Positions 1 to 8,930 of a stretch of DNA of 30,602 nucleotides are shown in pieces (positions within the stretch are counted from its first letter, which is position 1; each line of letters starts with the position of its first letter). This DNA is from Azolla caroliniana (Eukaryota > Plantae > Polypodiophyta): the NCBI GenBank assembly GCA_043228905.1, contig JBHGNT010000371.1, forward strand, positions 1-30,602, in the 5' to 3' direction. Below the pieces are notes generated by a model that made no database searches, was not told where the DNA came from, and saw only the letters and a list, made by a program, of their open reading frames with translations. A program made the position numbers and the translations under genes.

Positions 1-35
1 AGAGAGATAGCGATAGATGGATAGAGATAGATATA
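1..35. repeat. Degenerate GA/GATA simple repeat in the intergenic spacer (in every unit)
   Basis: agagagatagcgatagatggatagagatagatata. Confidence 0.6.
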
Positions 36-96
36 GGTAGGGTGGGAGTGGGTAGTGTGCGTGTGGGCACGTTACCTAATCATGTGTGCGTGGAGT

Positions 97-102
97 TTCA
101 TT
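97..102 (-). promoter_or_regulatory. Possible plant poly(A) near-upstream element AATGAA
   Basis: One-mismatch AATAAA variant about 185 nt after the stop codon, preceded by a TG-rich tract (TGTAAATGGTGTGCTCTGTGTGGTGT). No canonical AATAAA seen. Weak evidence. Confidence 0.3.
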
Positions 103-141
103 TTGCTTGTGCAATGAGCGAGCGAGGGCACGCGACCTGAT

Positions 142-161
142 CGTGCGTGCGTGCGTGCGTG
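142..161. repeat. (CGTG)5 microsatellite in the 3' flank (in every unit)
   Basis: Five perfect CGTG units read directly from the sequence. Confidence 0.85.
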
Positions 162-286
162 TTGTGCGCGAGCGTGGGAGAAATATGATTGAGAGGGTTA
201 TGAGAACGTCAAGACACCACACAGAGCACACCATTTACATTTACGATGTTCAGAAAGTGTATAGTTGAAAAAGTTATGTACGTTCT

Positions 287-1324
287 TTAAAAGTGGCGAA
301 TACAAGCGCGTGGGCGAAGATCACATTGTTGGAGAAGGCGAGAGGTTGCCACGCTTAGAAGTTGTTCCTCCTCACCGGCCTTGAAACGACGACGTTGTTC
401 CTCATCTTGTCGTCCGGTCATGCGATAACGGCGCTCGTCCTCCTCGCGCTCGCTACTGTCTCTCTCTCGCTCGGCATCCTCTTCCCATTGACGACGTTCC
501 CTTGACACTTGGTTATGGCGGTGACCATCATTGCGTGCCTCTTCTCCGCTAATGTATAAGGCCTCGCGGAGGCGGTTGCAACGCTCTTCTACGGGGATTT
601 GTTCCACGTTCCTGCAGCATCTTTCGGAGGGCCTTGCATATCGGCTGATTTCATCCCAAGAGGTGCGACGGCTTCGTCCACGTTCTTCCTTCTCATTACG
701 TTCTTGTAGGTGGCGGACCTGCCTATCGACGAAGTTTTGGCACTCTTGCCTCAACTCTCGGTCTCGTGGCTCATCGCGATCGCGGCCGCGACGATCCCGT
801 TCCTCTTCGGACTCTCTCTTGTTGTCTCTGCGACGTCCTTCATCGAGGGATCCTTCACGACGTCGGTCGCGCCTCTCCTGCTCGACATCCTCCTCCCTGC
901 GTCGATCGCGCCTCTCGTCACGTGACTCATCACGATCGCGACCGCGACGATCCCGTTCCTCTTCGGACTCTCTCTTGTTGTCTCCGTAGCGCCCCTCCTC
1001 GATGGACCCCTCGCGACGTCCCCCGCGCCTCTCCTCATCGAAATCCTCCTCCCTGCGTCGATCGCGCCTCTCCTCACGTGGCTCATCGCGATCGTGACTG
1101 CGACGATCCCGGTCCTCATCCGACTCTCTCTTGTTGTCTCTGTAGCGCCTCTCATCGATGGATCCCTCACGACGTCCGCTGCGCCTCTCCTCGTCGACAT
1201 CCTCCTCCCTACGTCGATCGCGCCTCTCCTCTTCGCGATCCCGTCCTACAGATCTAGCATTGGCCGCGCCGCAGGCGGCTAGCATGATAACCGCCATGAG
1301 GAATATGATAGTGAGCTTCGCCAT
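287..1324 (-). CDS. Secreted Arg/Glu-rich 2S-albumin-like (prolamin superfamily) storage protein precursor, copy 1 (R59 allele)
   Basis: 345-aa intronless ORF with plant-like start context (AAGCAATGGCG), a hydrophobic signal peptide ending in A-N-A, three 52-aa R/E/D repeats, Cys pattern C195..C236C237..C249..C334..C341, and TATA/RY/ABRE motifs directly upstream. Confidence 0.85.
   Translation of the reverse strand: MAKLTIIFLMAVIMLAACGAANARSVGRDREEERRDRRREEDVDEERRSGRREGSIDERRYRDNKRESDEDRDRRSHDRDEPREERRDRRREEDFDEERRGGRREGSIEEGRYGDNKRESEEERDRRGRDRDESRDERRDRRREEDVEQERRDRRREGSLDEGRRRDNKRESEEERDRRGRDRDEPRDRELRQECQNFVDRQVRHLQERNEKEERGRSRRTSWDEISRYARPSERCCRNVEQIPVEERCNRLREALYISGEEARNDGHRHNQVSRERRQWEEDAERERDSSEREEDERRYRMTGRQDEEQRRRFKAGEEEQLLSVATSRLLQQCDLRPRACIRHF
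764..1231 (-). repeat. Intragenic coding tandem repeat, 3 x 156 bp (52 aa), with an underlying 39-bp (13-aa) sub-period (in every unit)
   Basis: CTCTCTCTTGTTGTCTC recurs at 812, 968 and 1124. Residues 32-83, 84-135 and 136-187 align without gaps. Confidence 0.97.
1256..1324 (-). other. Signal peptide coding region, aa 1-23 (repeated in every unit at +2161n)
   Basis: MAK-LTIIFLMAVIMLAACG-AANA|RS has a basic n-region, a hydrophobic h-region and an A-x-A cleavage motif. Confidence 0.9.
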
Positions 1325-1389
1325 TGCTTGTGTTCGGAACTACCCCGGTTCTCTCTCCGCCTATTTGAGTGTGTCATGGTTGATCCACC

Positions 1390-1397
1390 CTTATATA
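1390..1397 (-). promoter_or_regulatory. TATA box TATATAAG (in every unit)
   Basis: Lies about 66 bp upstream of the ATG, with an initiator-like ACTCAAAT (A at 1366) 31 bp downstream of the first T. Confidence 0.8.
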
Positions 1398-1405
1398 CAC
1401 AAGGC

Positions 1406-1428
1406 CATGCATGTCTAGTACATGCATG
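1406..1428. promoter_or_regulatory. Paired RY/Sph elements (CATGCATG at 1406-1413 and 1421-1428), B3-factor ABI3/FUS3/LEC2 binding type (in every unit)
   Basis: Two perfect CATGCATG octamers immediately upstream of the TATA box, a hallmark of seed storage protein promoters. Confidence 0.8.
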
Positions 1429-1435
1429 TCCCTTC

Positions 1436-1442
1436 CCACGTC
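1436..1442 (-). promoter_or_regulatory. ABRE/G-box-like element GACGTGG (in every unit)
   Basis: ACGTGG core 7 bp from the distal RY box. Confidence 0.55.
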
Positions 1443-1517
1443 CATTCCTATAGACGTTAATGGCATGATCCATACTTGGGCCACGGAAGAGACCATTCAC
1501 TTTTATCCACCCCCCTT

Positions 1518-1525
1518 TACGTGTC
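1518..1525 (+). promoter_or_regulatory. ABRE TACGTGTC (in every unit)
   Basis: Matches the ABRE consensus YACGTG(G/T)C, about 120 bp upstream of the TATA box. Confidence 0.6.
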
Positions 1526-2447
1526 CAGGATCCTCCTGCTTCGACCTACCATATCACTAGCCCTATACTCACCTCCATCACACCAGGAGTGGGATTATGC
1601 ACTTGGGCATTTCAAATCTACTAACCTATGGACGCTTCGTCCATATTGCAACGTAGACAGTATGTAACCTCATGATAGCCACCTACACATGTGATGCCAT
1701 TGAGGTTGTAGAGTGCGTATGGGCCTCGTAAAACGAGGATAAGGTGGTGAGAAAAGGTTTTTAGGGTGTTGGTTCTCTCCACGAAAACGTTATCGGTGGT
1801 TGTGGCCACGAGGGGGTTTAGAATCCATTGCGACCAACATACGGACGACGACACGCGTTTTCATTGTGATTACAAGATCCGTCGTCGTTGTGGACGCTGC
1901 AACCACCGGAGGAATATGAAGGTGGCACCATTCAAGGACAACATTTCTAGGTGAAACATGCGTGGGTTGGTTGGTTCACACGATGATGAAAATGGTAGAT
2001 AGACATGGGAATTTCATGTGGAATCATGTTTGTAGTAGGAGTTACGATCAGCCACTACTATTGCGCACATCATGGTACGGCGAGACACGGCATTGTATGA
2101 GGGTGGCTTCAATACAACATTGTGATGGCATCGACGTTTGACGAGTTTCGCGTTGCTCGTGAGAGAGATAGCGATAGATGGATAGAGATAGATATAGGTA
2201 GGGTGGGAGTGGGTAGTGTGCGTGTGGGCACGTTACCTAATCATGTGTGCGTGGAGTTTCATTTTGCTTGTGCAATGAGCGAGCGAGGGCACGCGACCTG
2301 ATCGTGCGTGCGTGCGTGCGTGTTGTGCGCGAGCGTGGGAGAAATATGATTGAGAGGGTTATGAGAACGTCAAGACACCACACAGAGCACACCATTTACA
2401 TTTACGATGTTCAGAAAGTGTATAGTTGAAAAAGTTATGTACGTTCT

Positions 2448-3485
2448 TTAAAAGTGGCGAATACAAGCGCGTGGGCGAAGATCACATTGTTGGAGAAGGC
2501 GAGAGGTTGCCACGCTTAGAAGTTGTTCCTCCTCACCGGCCTTGAAACGACGACGTTGTTCCTCATCTTGTCGTCCGGTCATGCGATAACGGCGCTCGTC
2601 CTCCTCGCGCTCGCTACTGTCTCTCTCTCGCTCGGCATCCTCTTCCCATTGACGACGTTCCCTTGACACTTGGTTATGGCGGTGACCATCATTGCGTGCC
2701 TCTTCTCCGCTAATGTATAAGGCCTCGCGGAGGCGGTTGCAACGCTCTTCTACGGGGATTTGTTCCACGTTCCTGCAGCATCTTTCGGAGGGCCTTGCAT
2801 ATCGGCTGATTTCATCCCAAGAGGTGCGACGGCTTCGTCCACGTTCTTCCTTCTCATTACGTTCTTGTAGGTGGCGGACCTGCCTATCGACGAAGTTTTG
2901 GCACTCTTGCCTCAACTCTCGGTCTCGTGGCTCATCGCGATCGCGGCCGCGACGATCCCGTTCCTCTTCGGACTCTCTCTTGTTGTCTCTGCGACGTCCT
3001 TCATCGAGGGATCCTTCACGACGTCGGTCGCGCCTCTCCTGCTCGACATCCTCCTCCCTGCGTCGATCGCGCCTCTCGTCACGTGACTCATCACGATCGC
3101 GACCGCGACGATCCCGTTCCTCTTCGGACTCTCTCTTGTTGTCTCCGTAGCGCCCCTCCTCGATGGACCCCTCGCGACGTCCCCCGCGCCTCTCCTCATC
3201 GAAATCCTCCTCCCTGCGTCGATCGCGCCTCTCCTCACGTGGCTCATCGCGATCGTGACTGCGACGATCCCGGTCCTCATCCGACTCTCTCTTGTTGTCT
3301 CTGTAGCGCCTCTCATCGATGGATCCCTCACGACGTCCGCTGCGCCTCTCCTCGTCGACATCCTCCTCCCTACGTCGATCGCGCCTCTCCTCTTCGCGAT
3401 CCCGTCCTACAGATCTAGCATTGGCCGCGCCGCAGGCGGCTAGCATGATAACCGCCATGAGGAATATGATAGTGAGCTTCGCCAT
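2448..3485 (-). CDS. Arg/Glu-rich 2S-albumin-like precursor, copy 2 (R59)
   Basis: Translation identical to copy 1. Confidence 0.85.
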   Translation of the reverse strand: MAKLTIIFLMAVIMLAACGAANARSVGRDREEERRDRRREEDVDEERRSGRREGSIDERRYRDNKRESDEDRDRRSHDRDEPREERRDRRREEDFDEERRGGRREGSIEEGRYGDNKRESEEERDRRGRDRDESRDERRDRRREEDVEQERRDRRREGSLDEGRRRDNKRESEEERDRRGRDRDEPRDRELRQECQNFVDRQVRHLQERNEKEERGRSRRTSWDEISRYARPSERCCRNVEQIPVEERCNRLREALYISGEEARNDGHRHNQVSRERRQWEEDAERERDSSEREEDERRYRMTGRQDEEQRRRFKAGEEEQLLSVATSRLLQQCDLRPRACIRHF

Positions 3486-4608
3486 TGCTTGTGTTCGGAA
3501 CTACCCCGGTTCTCTCTCCGCCTATTTGAGTGTGTCATGGTTGATCCACCCTTATATACACAAGGCCATGCATGTCTAGTACATGCATGTCCCTTCCCAC
3601 GTCCATTCCTATAGACGTTAATGGCATGATCCATACTTGGGCCACGGAAGAGACCATTCACTTTTATCCACCCCCCTTTACGTGTCCAGGATCCTCCTGC
3701 TTCGACCTACCATATCACTAGCCCTATACTCACCTCCATCACACCAGGAGTGGGATTATGCACTTGGGCATTTCAAATCTACTAACCTATGGACGCTTCG
3801 TCCATATTGCAACGTAGACAGTATGTAACCTCATGATAGCCACCTACACATGTGATGCCATTGAGGTTGTAGAGTGCGTATGGGCCTCGTAAAACGAGGA
3901 TAAGGTGGTGAGAAAAGGTTTTTAGGGTGTTGGTTCTCTCCACGAAAACGTTATCGGTGGTTGTGGCCACGAGGGGGTTTAGAATCCATTGCGACCAACA
4001 TACGGACGACGACACGCGTTTTCATTGTGATTACAAGATCCGTCGTCGTTGTGGACGCTGCAACCACCGGAGGAATATGAAGGTGGCACCATTCAAGGAC
4101 AACATTTCTAGGTGAAACATGCGTGGGTTGGTTGGTTCACACGATGATGAAAATGGTAGATAGACATGGGAATTTCATGTGGAATCATGTTTGTAGTAGG
4201 AGTTACGATCAGCCACTACTATTGCGCACATCATGGTACGGCGAGACACGGCATTGTATGAGGGTGGCTTCAATACAACATTGTGATGGCATCGACGTTT
4301 GACGAGTTTCGCGTTGCTCGTGAGAGAGATAGCGATAGATGGATAGAGATAGATATAGGTAGGGTGGGAGTGGGTAGTGTGCGTGTGGGCACGTTACCTA
4401 ATCATGTGTGCGTGGAGTTTCATTTTGCTTGTGCAATGAGCGAGCGAGGGCACGCGACCTGATCGTGCGTGCGTGCGTGCGTGTTGTGCGCGAGCGTGGG
4501 AGAAATATGATTGAGAGGGTTATGAGAACGTCAAGACACCACACAGAGCACACCATTTACATTTACGATGTTCAGAAAGTGTATAGTTGAAAAAGTTATG
4601 TACGTTCT

Positions 4609-5646
4609 TTAAAAGTGGCGAATACAAGCGCGTGGGCGAAGATCACATTGTTGGAGAAGGCGAGAGGTTGCCACGCTTAGAAGTTGTTCCTCCTCACCGG
4701 CCTTGAAACGACGACGTTGTTCCTCATCTTGTCGTCCGGTCATGCGATAACGGCGCTCGTCCTCCTCGCGCTCGCTACTGTCTCTCTCTCGCTCGGCATC
4801 CTCTTCCCATTGACGACGTTCCCTTGACACTTGGTTATGGCGGTGACCATCATTGCGTGCCTCTTCTCCGCTAATGTATAAGGCCTCGCGGAGGCGGTTG
4901 CAACGCTCTTCTACGGGGATTTGTTCCACGTTCCTGCAGCATCTTTCGGAGGGCCTTGCATATCGGCTGATTTCATCCCAAGAGGTGCGACGGCTTCGTC
5001 CACGTTCTTCCTTCTCATTACGTTCTTGTAGGTGGCGGACCTGCCTATCGACGAAGTTTTGGCACTCTTGCCTCAACTCTCGGTCTCGTGGCTCATCGCG
5101 ATCGCGGCCGCGACGATCCCGTTCCTCTTCGGACTCTCTCTTGTTGTCTCTGCGACGTCCTTCATCGAGGGATCCTTCACGACGTCGGTCGCGCCTCTCC
5201 TGCTCGACATCCTCCTCCCTGCGTCGATCGCGCCTCTCGTCACGTGACTCATCACGATCGCGACCGCGACGATCCCGTTCCTCTTCGGACTCTCTCTTGT
5301 TGTCTCCGTAGCGCCCCTCCTCGATGGACCCCTCGCGACGTCCCCCGCGCCTCTCCTCATCGAAATCCTCCTCCCTGCGTCGATCGCGCCTCTCCTCACG
5401 TGGCTCATCGCGATCGTGACTGCGACGATCCCGGTCCTCATCCGACTCTCTCTTGTTGTCTCTGTAGCGCCTCTCATCGATGGATCCCTCACGACGTCCG
5501 CTGCGCCTCTCCTCGTCGACATCCTCCTCCCTACGTCGATCGCGCCTCTCCTCTTCGCGATCCCGTCCTACAGATCTAGCATTGGCCGCGCCGCAGGCGG
5601 CTAGCATGATAACCGCCATGAGGAATATGATAGTGAGCTTCGCCAT
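4609..5646 (-). CDS. Arg/Glu-rich 2S-albumin-like precursor, copy 3 (R59)
   Basis: Translation identical to copy 1. Confidence 0.85.
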   Translation of the reverse strand: MAKLTIIFLMAVIMLAACGAANARSVGRDREEERRDRRREEDVDEERRSGRREGSIDERRYRDNKRESDEDRDRRSHDRDEPREERRDRRREEDFDEERRGGRREGSIEEGRYGDNKRESEEERDRRGRDRDESRDERRDRRREEDVEQERRDRRREGSLDEGRRRDNKRESEEERDRRGRDRDEPRDRELRQECQNFVDRQVRHLQERNEKEERGRSRRTSWDEISRYARPSERCCRNVEQIPVEERCNRLREALYISGEEARNDGHRHNQVSRERRQWEEDAERERDSSEREEDERRYRMTGRQDEEQRRRFKAGEEEQLLSVATSRLLQQCDLRPRACIRHF

Positions 5647-6769
5647 TGCTTGTGTTCGGAACTACCCCGGTTCTCTCTCCGCCTATTTGAGTGTGTCATG
5701 GTTGATCCACCCTTATATACACAAGGCCATGCATGTCTAGTACATGCATGTCCCTTCCCACGTCCATTCCTATAGACGTTAATGGCATGATCCATACTTG
5801 GGCCACGGAAGAGACCATTCACTTTTATCCACCCCCCTTTACGTGTCCAGGATCCTCCTGCTTCGACCTACCATATCACTAGCCCTATACTCACCTCCAT
5901 CACACCAGGAGTGGGATTATGCACTTGGGCATTTCAAATCTACTAACCTATGGACGCTTCGTCCATATTGCAACGTAGACAGTATGTAACCTCATGATAG
6001 CCACCTACACATGTGATGCCATTGAGGTTGTAGAGTGCGTATGGGCCTCGTAAAACGAGGATAAGGTGGTGAGAAAAGGTTTTTAGGGTGTTGGTTCTCT
6101 CCACGAAAACGTTATCGGTGGTTGTGGCCACGAGGGGGTTTAGAATCCATTGCGACCAACATACGGACGACGACACGCGTTTTCATTGTGATTACAAGAT
6201 CCGTCGTCGTTGTGGACGCTGCAACCACCGGAGGAATATGAAGGTGGCACCATTCAAGGACAACATTTCTAGGTGAAACATGCGTGGGTTGGTTGGTTCA
6301 CACGATGATGAAAATGGTAGATAGACATGGGAATTTCATGTGGAATCATGTTTGTAGTAGGAGTTACGATCAGCCACTACTATTGCGCACATCATGGTAC
6401 GGCGAGACACGGCATTGTATGAGGGTGGCTTCAATACAACATTGTGATGGCATCGACGTTTGACGAGTTTCGCGTTGCTCGTGAGAGAGATAGCGATAGA
6501 TGGATAGAGATAGATATAGGTAGGGTGGGAGTGGGTAGTGTGCGTGTGGGCACGTTACCTAATCATGTGTCCGTGGAGTTTCATTTTGCTTGTGCAATGA
6601 GCGAGCGAGGGCACGCGACCTGATCGTGCGTGCGTGCGTGCGTGTTGTGCGCGAGCGTGGGAGAAATATGATTGAGAGGGTTATGAGAACGTCAAGACAC
6701 CACACAGAGCACACCATTTACATTTACGATGTTCAGAAAGTGTATAGTTGAAAAAGTTATGTACGTTCT

Positions 6770-7807
6770 TTAAAAGTGGCGAATACAAGCGCGTGGGCGA
6801 AGATCACATTGTTGGAGAAGGCGAGAGGTTGCCACGCTTAGAAGTTGTTCCTCCTCACCGGCCTTGAAACGACGACGTTGTTCCTCATCTTGTCGTCCGG
6901 TCATGCGATAACGGCGCTCGTCCTCCTCGCGCTCGCTACTGTCTCTCTCTCGCTCGGCATCCTCTTCCCATTGACGACGTTCCCTTGACACTTGGTTATG
7001 GCGGTGACCATCATTGCGTGCCTCTTCTCCGCTAATGTATAAGGCCTCGCGGAGGCGGTTGCAACGCTCTTCTACGGGGATTTGTTCCACGTTCCTGCAG
7101 CATCTTTCGGAGGGCCTTGCATATCGGCTGATTTCATCCCAAGAGGTGCGACGGCTTCGTCCACGTTCTTCCTTCTCATTACGTTCTTGTAGGTGGCGGA
7201 CCTGCCTATCGACGAAGTTTTGGCACTCTTGCCTCAACTCTCGGTCTCGTGGCTCATCGCGATCGCGGCCGCGACGATCCCGTTCCTCTTCGGACTCTCT
7301 CTTGTTGTCTCTGCGACGTCCTTCATCGAGGGATCCTTCACGACGTCGGTCGCGCCTCTCCTGCTCGACATCCTCCTCCCTGCGTCGATCGCGCCTCTCG
7401 TCACGTGACTCATCACGATCGCGACCGCGACGATCCCGTTCCTCTTCGGACTCTCTCTTGTTGTCTCCGTAGCGCCCCTCCTCGATGGACCCCTCGCGAC
7501 GTCCCCCGCGCCTCTCCTCATCGAAATCCTCCTCCCTGCGTCGATCGCGCCTCTCCTCACGTGGCTCATCGCGATCGTGACTGCGACGATCCCGGTCCTC
7601 ATCCGACTCTCTCTTGTTGTCTCTGTAGCGCCCCTCATCGATGGATCCCTCACGACGTCCGCTGCGCCTCTCCTCGTCGACATCCTCCTCCCTACGTCGA
7701 TCGCGCCTCTCCTCTTCGCGATCCCGTCCTACAGATCTAGCATTGGCCGCGCCGCAGGCGGCTAGCATGATAACCGCCATGAGGAATATGATAGTGAGCT
7801 TCGCCAT
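6770..7807 (-). CDS. Arg/Glu-rich 2S-albumin-like precursor, copy 4 (G59)
   Basis: Intact 345-aa ORF reading IDEGRY instead of IDERRY (T>C at 7633 on the + strand). Confidence 0.85.
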   Translation of the reverse strand: MAKLTIIFLMAVIMLAACGAANARSVGRDREEERRDRRREEDVDEERRSGRREGSIDEGRYRDNKRESDEDRDRRSHDRDEPREERRDRRREEDFDEERRGGRREGSIEEGRYGDNKRESEEERDRRGRDRDESRDERRDRRREEDVEQERRDRRREGSLDEGRRRDNKRESEEERDRRGRDRDEPRDRELRQECQNFVDRQVRHLQERNEKEERGRSRRTSWDEISRYARPSERCCRNVEQIPVEERCNRLREALYISGEEARNDGHRHNQVSRERRQWEEDAERERDSSEREEDERRYRMTGRQDEEQRRRFKAGEEEQLLSVATSRLLQQCDLRPRACIRHF

Positions 7808-8930
7808 TGCTTGTGTTCGGAACTACCCCGGTTCTCTCTCCGCCTATTTGAGTGTGTCATGGTTGATCCACCCTTATATACACAAGGCCATGCATGTCTA
7901 GTACATGCATGTCCCTTCCCACGTCCATTCCTATAGACGTTAATGGCATGATCCATACTTGGGCCACGGAAGAGACCATTCACTTTTATCCACCCCCCTT
8001 TACGTGTCCAGGATCCTCCTGCTTCGACCTACCATATCACTAGCCCTATACTCACCTCCATCACACCAGGAGTGGGATTATGCACTTGGGCATTTCAAAT
8101 CTACTAACCTATGGACGCTTCGTCCATATTGCAACGTAGACAGTATGTAACCTCATGATAGCCACCTACACATGTGATGCCATTGAGGTTGTAGAGTGCG
8201 TATGGGCCTCGTAAAACGAGGATAAGGTGGTGAGAAAAGGTTTTTAGGGTGTTGGTTCTCTCCACGAAAACGTTATCGGTGGTTGTGGCCACGAGGGGGT
8301 TTAGAATCCATTGCGACCAACATACGGACGACGACACGCGTTTTCATTGTGATTACAAGATCCGTCGTCGTTGTGGACGCTGCAACCACCGGAGGAATAT
8401 GAAGGTGGCACCATTCAAGGACAACATTTCTAGGTGAAACATGCGTGGGTTGGTTGGTTCACACGATGATGAAAATGGTAGATAGACATGGGAATTTCAT
8501 GTGGAATCATGTTTGTAGTAGGAGTTACGATCAGCCACTACTATTGCGCACATCATGGTACGGCGAGACACGGCATTGTATGAGGGTGGCTTCAATACAA
8601 CATTGTGATGGCATCGACGTTTGACGAGTTTCGCGTTGCTCGTGAGAGAGATAGCGATAGATGGATAGAGATAGATATAGGTAGGGTGGGAGTGGGTAGT
8701 GTGCGTGTGGGCACGTTACCTAATCATGTGTGCGTGGAGTTTCATTTTGCTTGTGCAATGAGCGAGCGAGGGCACGCGACCTGATCGTGCGTGCGTGCGT
8801 GCGTGTTGTGCGCGAGCGTGGGAGAAATATGATTGAGAGGGTTATGAGAACGTCAAGACACCACACAGAGCACACCATTTACATTTACGATGTTCAGAAA
8901 GTGTATAGTTGAAAAAGTTATGTACGTTCT

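Noticed and set aside
86-268. 60-aa + strand ORF
   Set aside because: GTG start, runs through a microsatellite antisense to the 3' flank, and its start is lost in copy 4.
764-1231. CRISPR-like regular repeats
   Set aside because: These are in-frame coding repeats with no unique spacers and no cas genes, in a eukaryotic context.
287-1324. Protein as a nuclear RE/RD-rich splicing factor, trichohyalin-like protein or vicilin
   Set aside because: The resemblance is compositional only. The signal peptide and CC-containing Cys skeleton argue against nuclear proteins, and there is no cupin domain or CxxxC hairpin pair.
531-1418. Overlapping ORFs within the gene (152, 71, 163, 62 and 86 aa on +; 149 aa on -)
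   Set aside because: Shadow frames of a GC-rich, stop-poor repetitive CDS. Several use non-ATG starts, none has a promoter, and their low-complexity content mirrors the main frame.
1627-1645. Hairpin TATGGACG-CTT-CGTCCATA, plus an 8-bp inverted pair at 1845-1852/1881-1888
   Set aside because: Stems are too short to support a miRNA, MITE or Helitron end, with no target-site duplication or CTRR terminus at the expected place.
1760-1766. TTTAGGG plant telomere motif
   Set aside because: A single heptamer per unit, not an array, and compatible with chance.
1279-1954. Short spacer ORFs of 62-77 aa
   Set aside because: Length expected by chance, mostly non-ATG starts, overlap with promoter motifs and no recognisable domain. 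Their conservation only reflects unit identity.
1-2161. Unit as rDNA, snRNA/histone repeat or transposon
   Set aside because: No recognisable rRNA, tRNA, snRNA, histone, transposase or RT sequence, and no LTRs or terminal inverted repeats seen.
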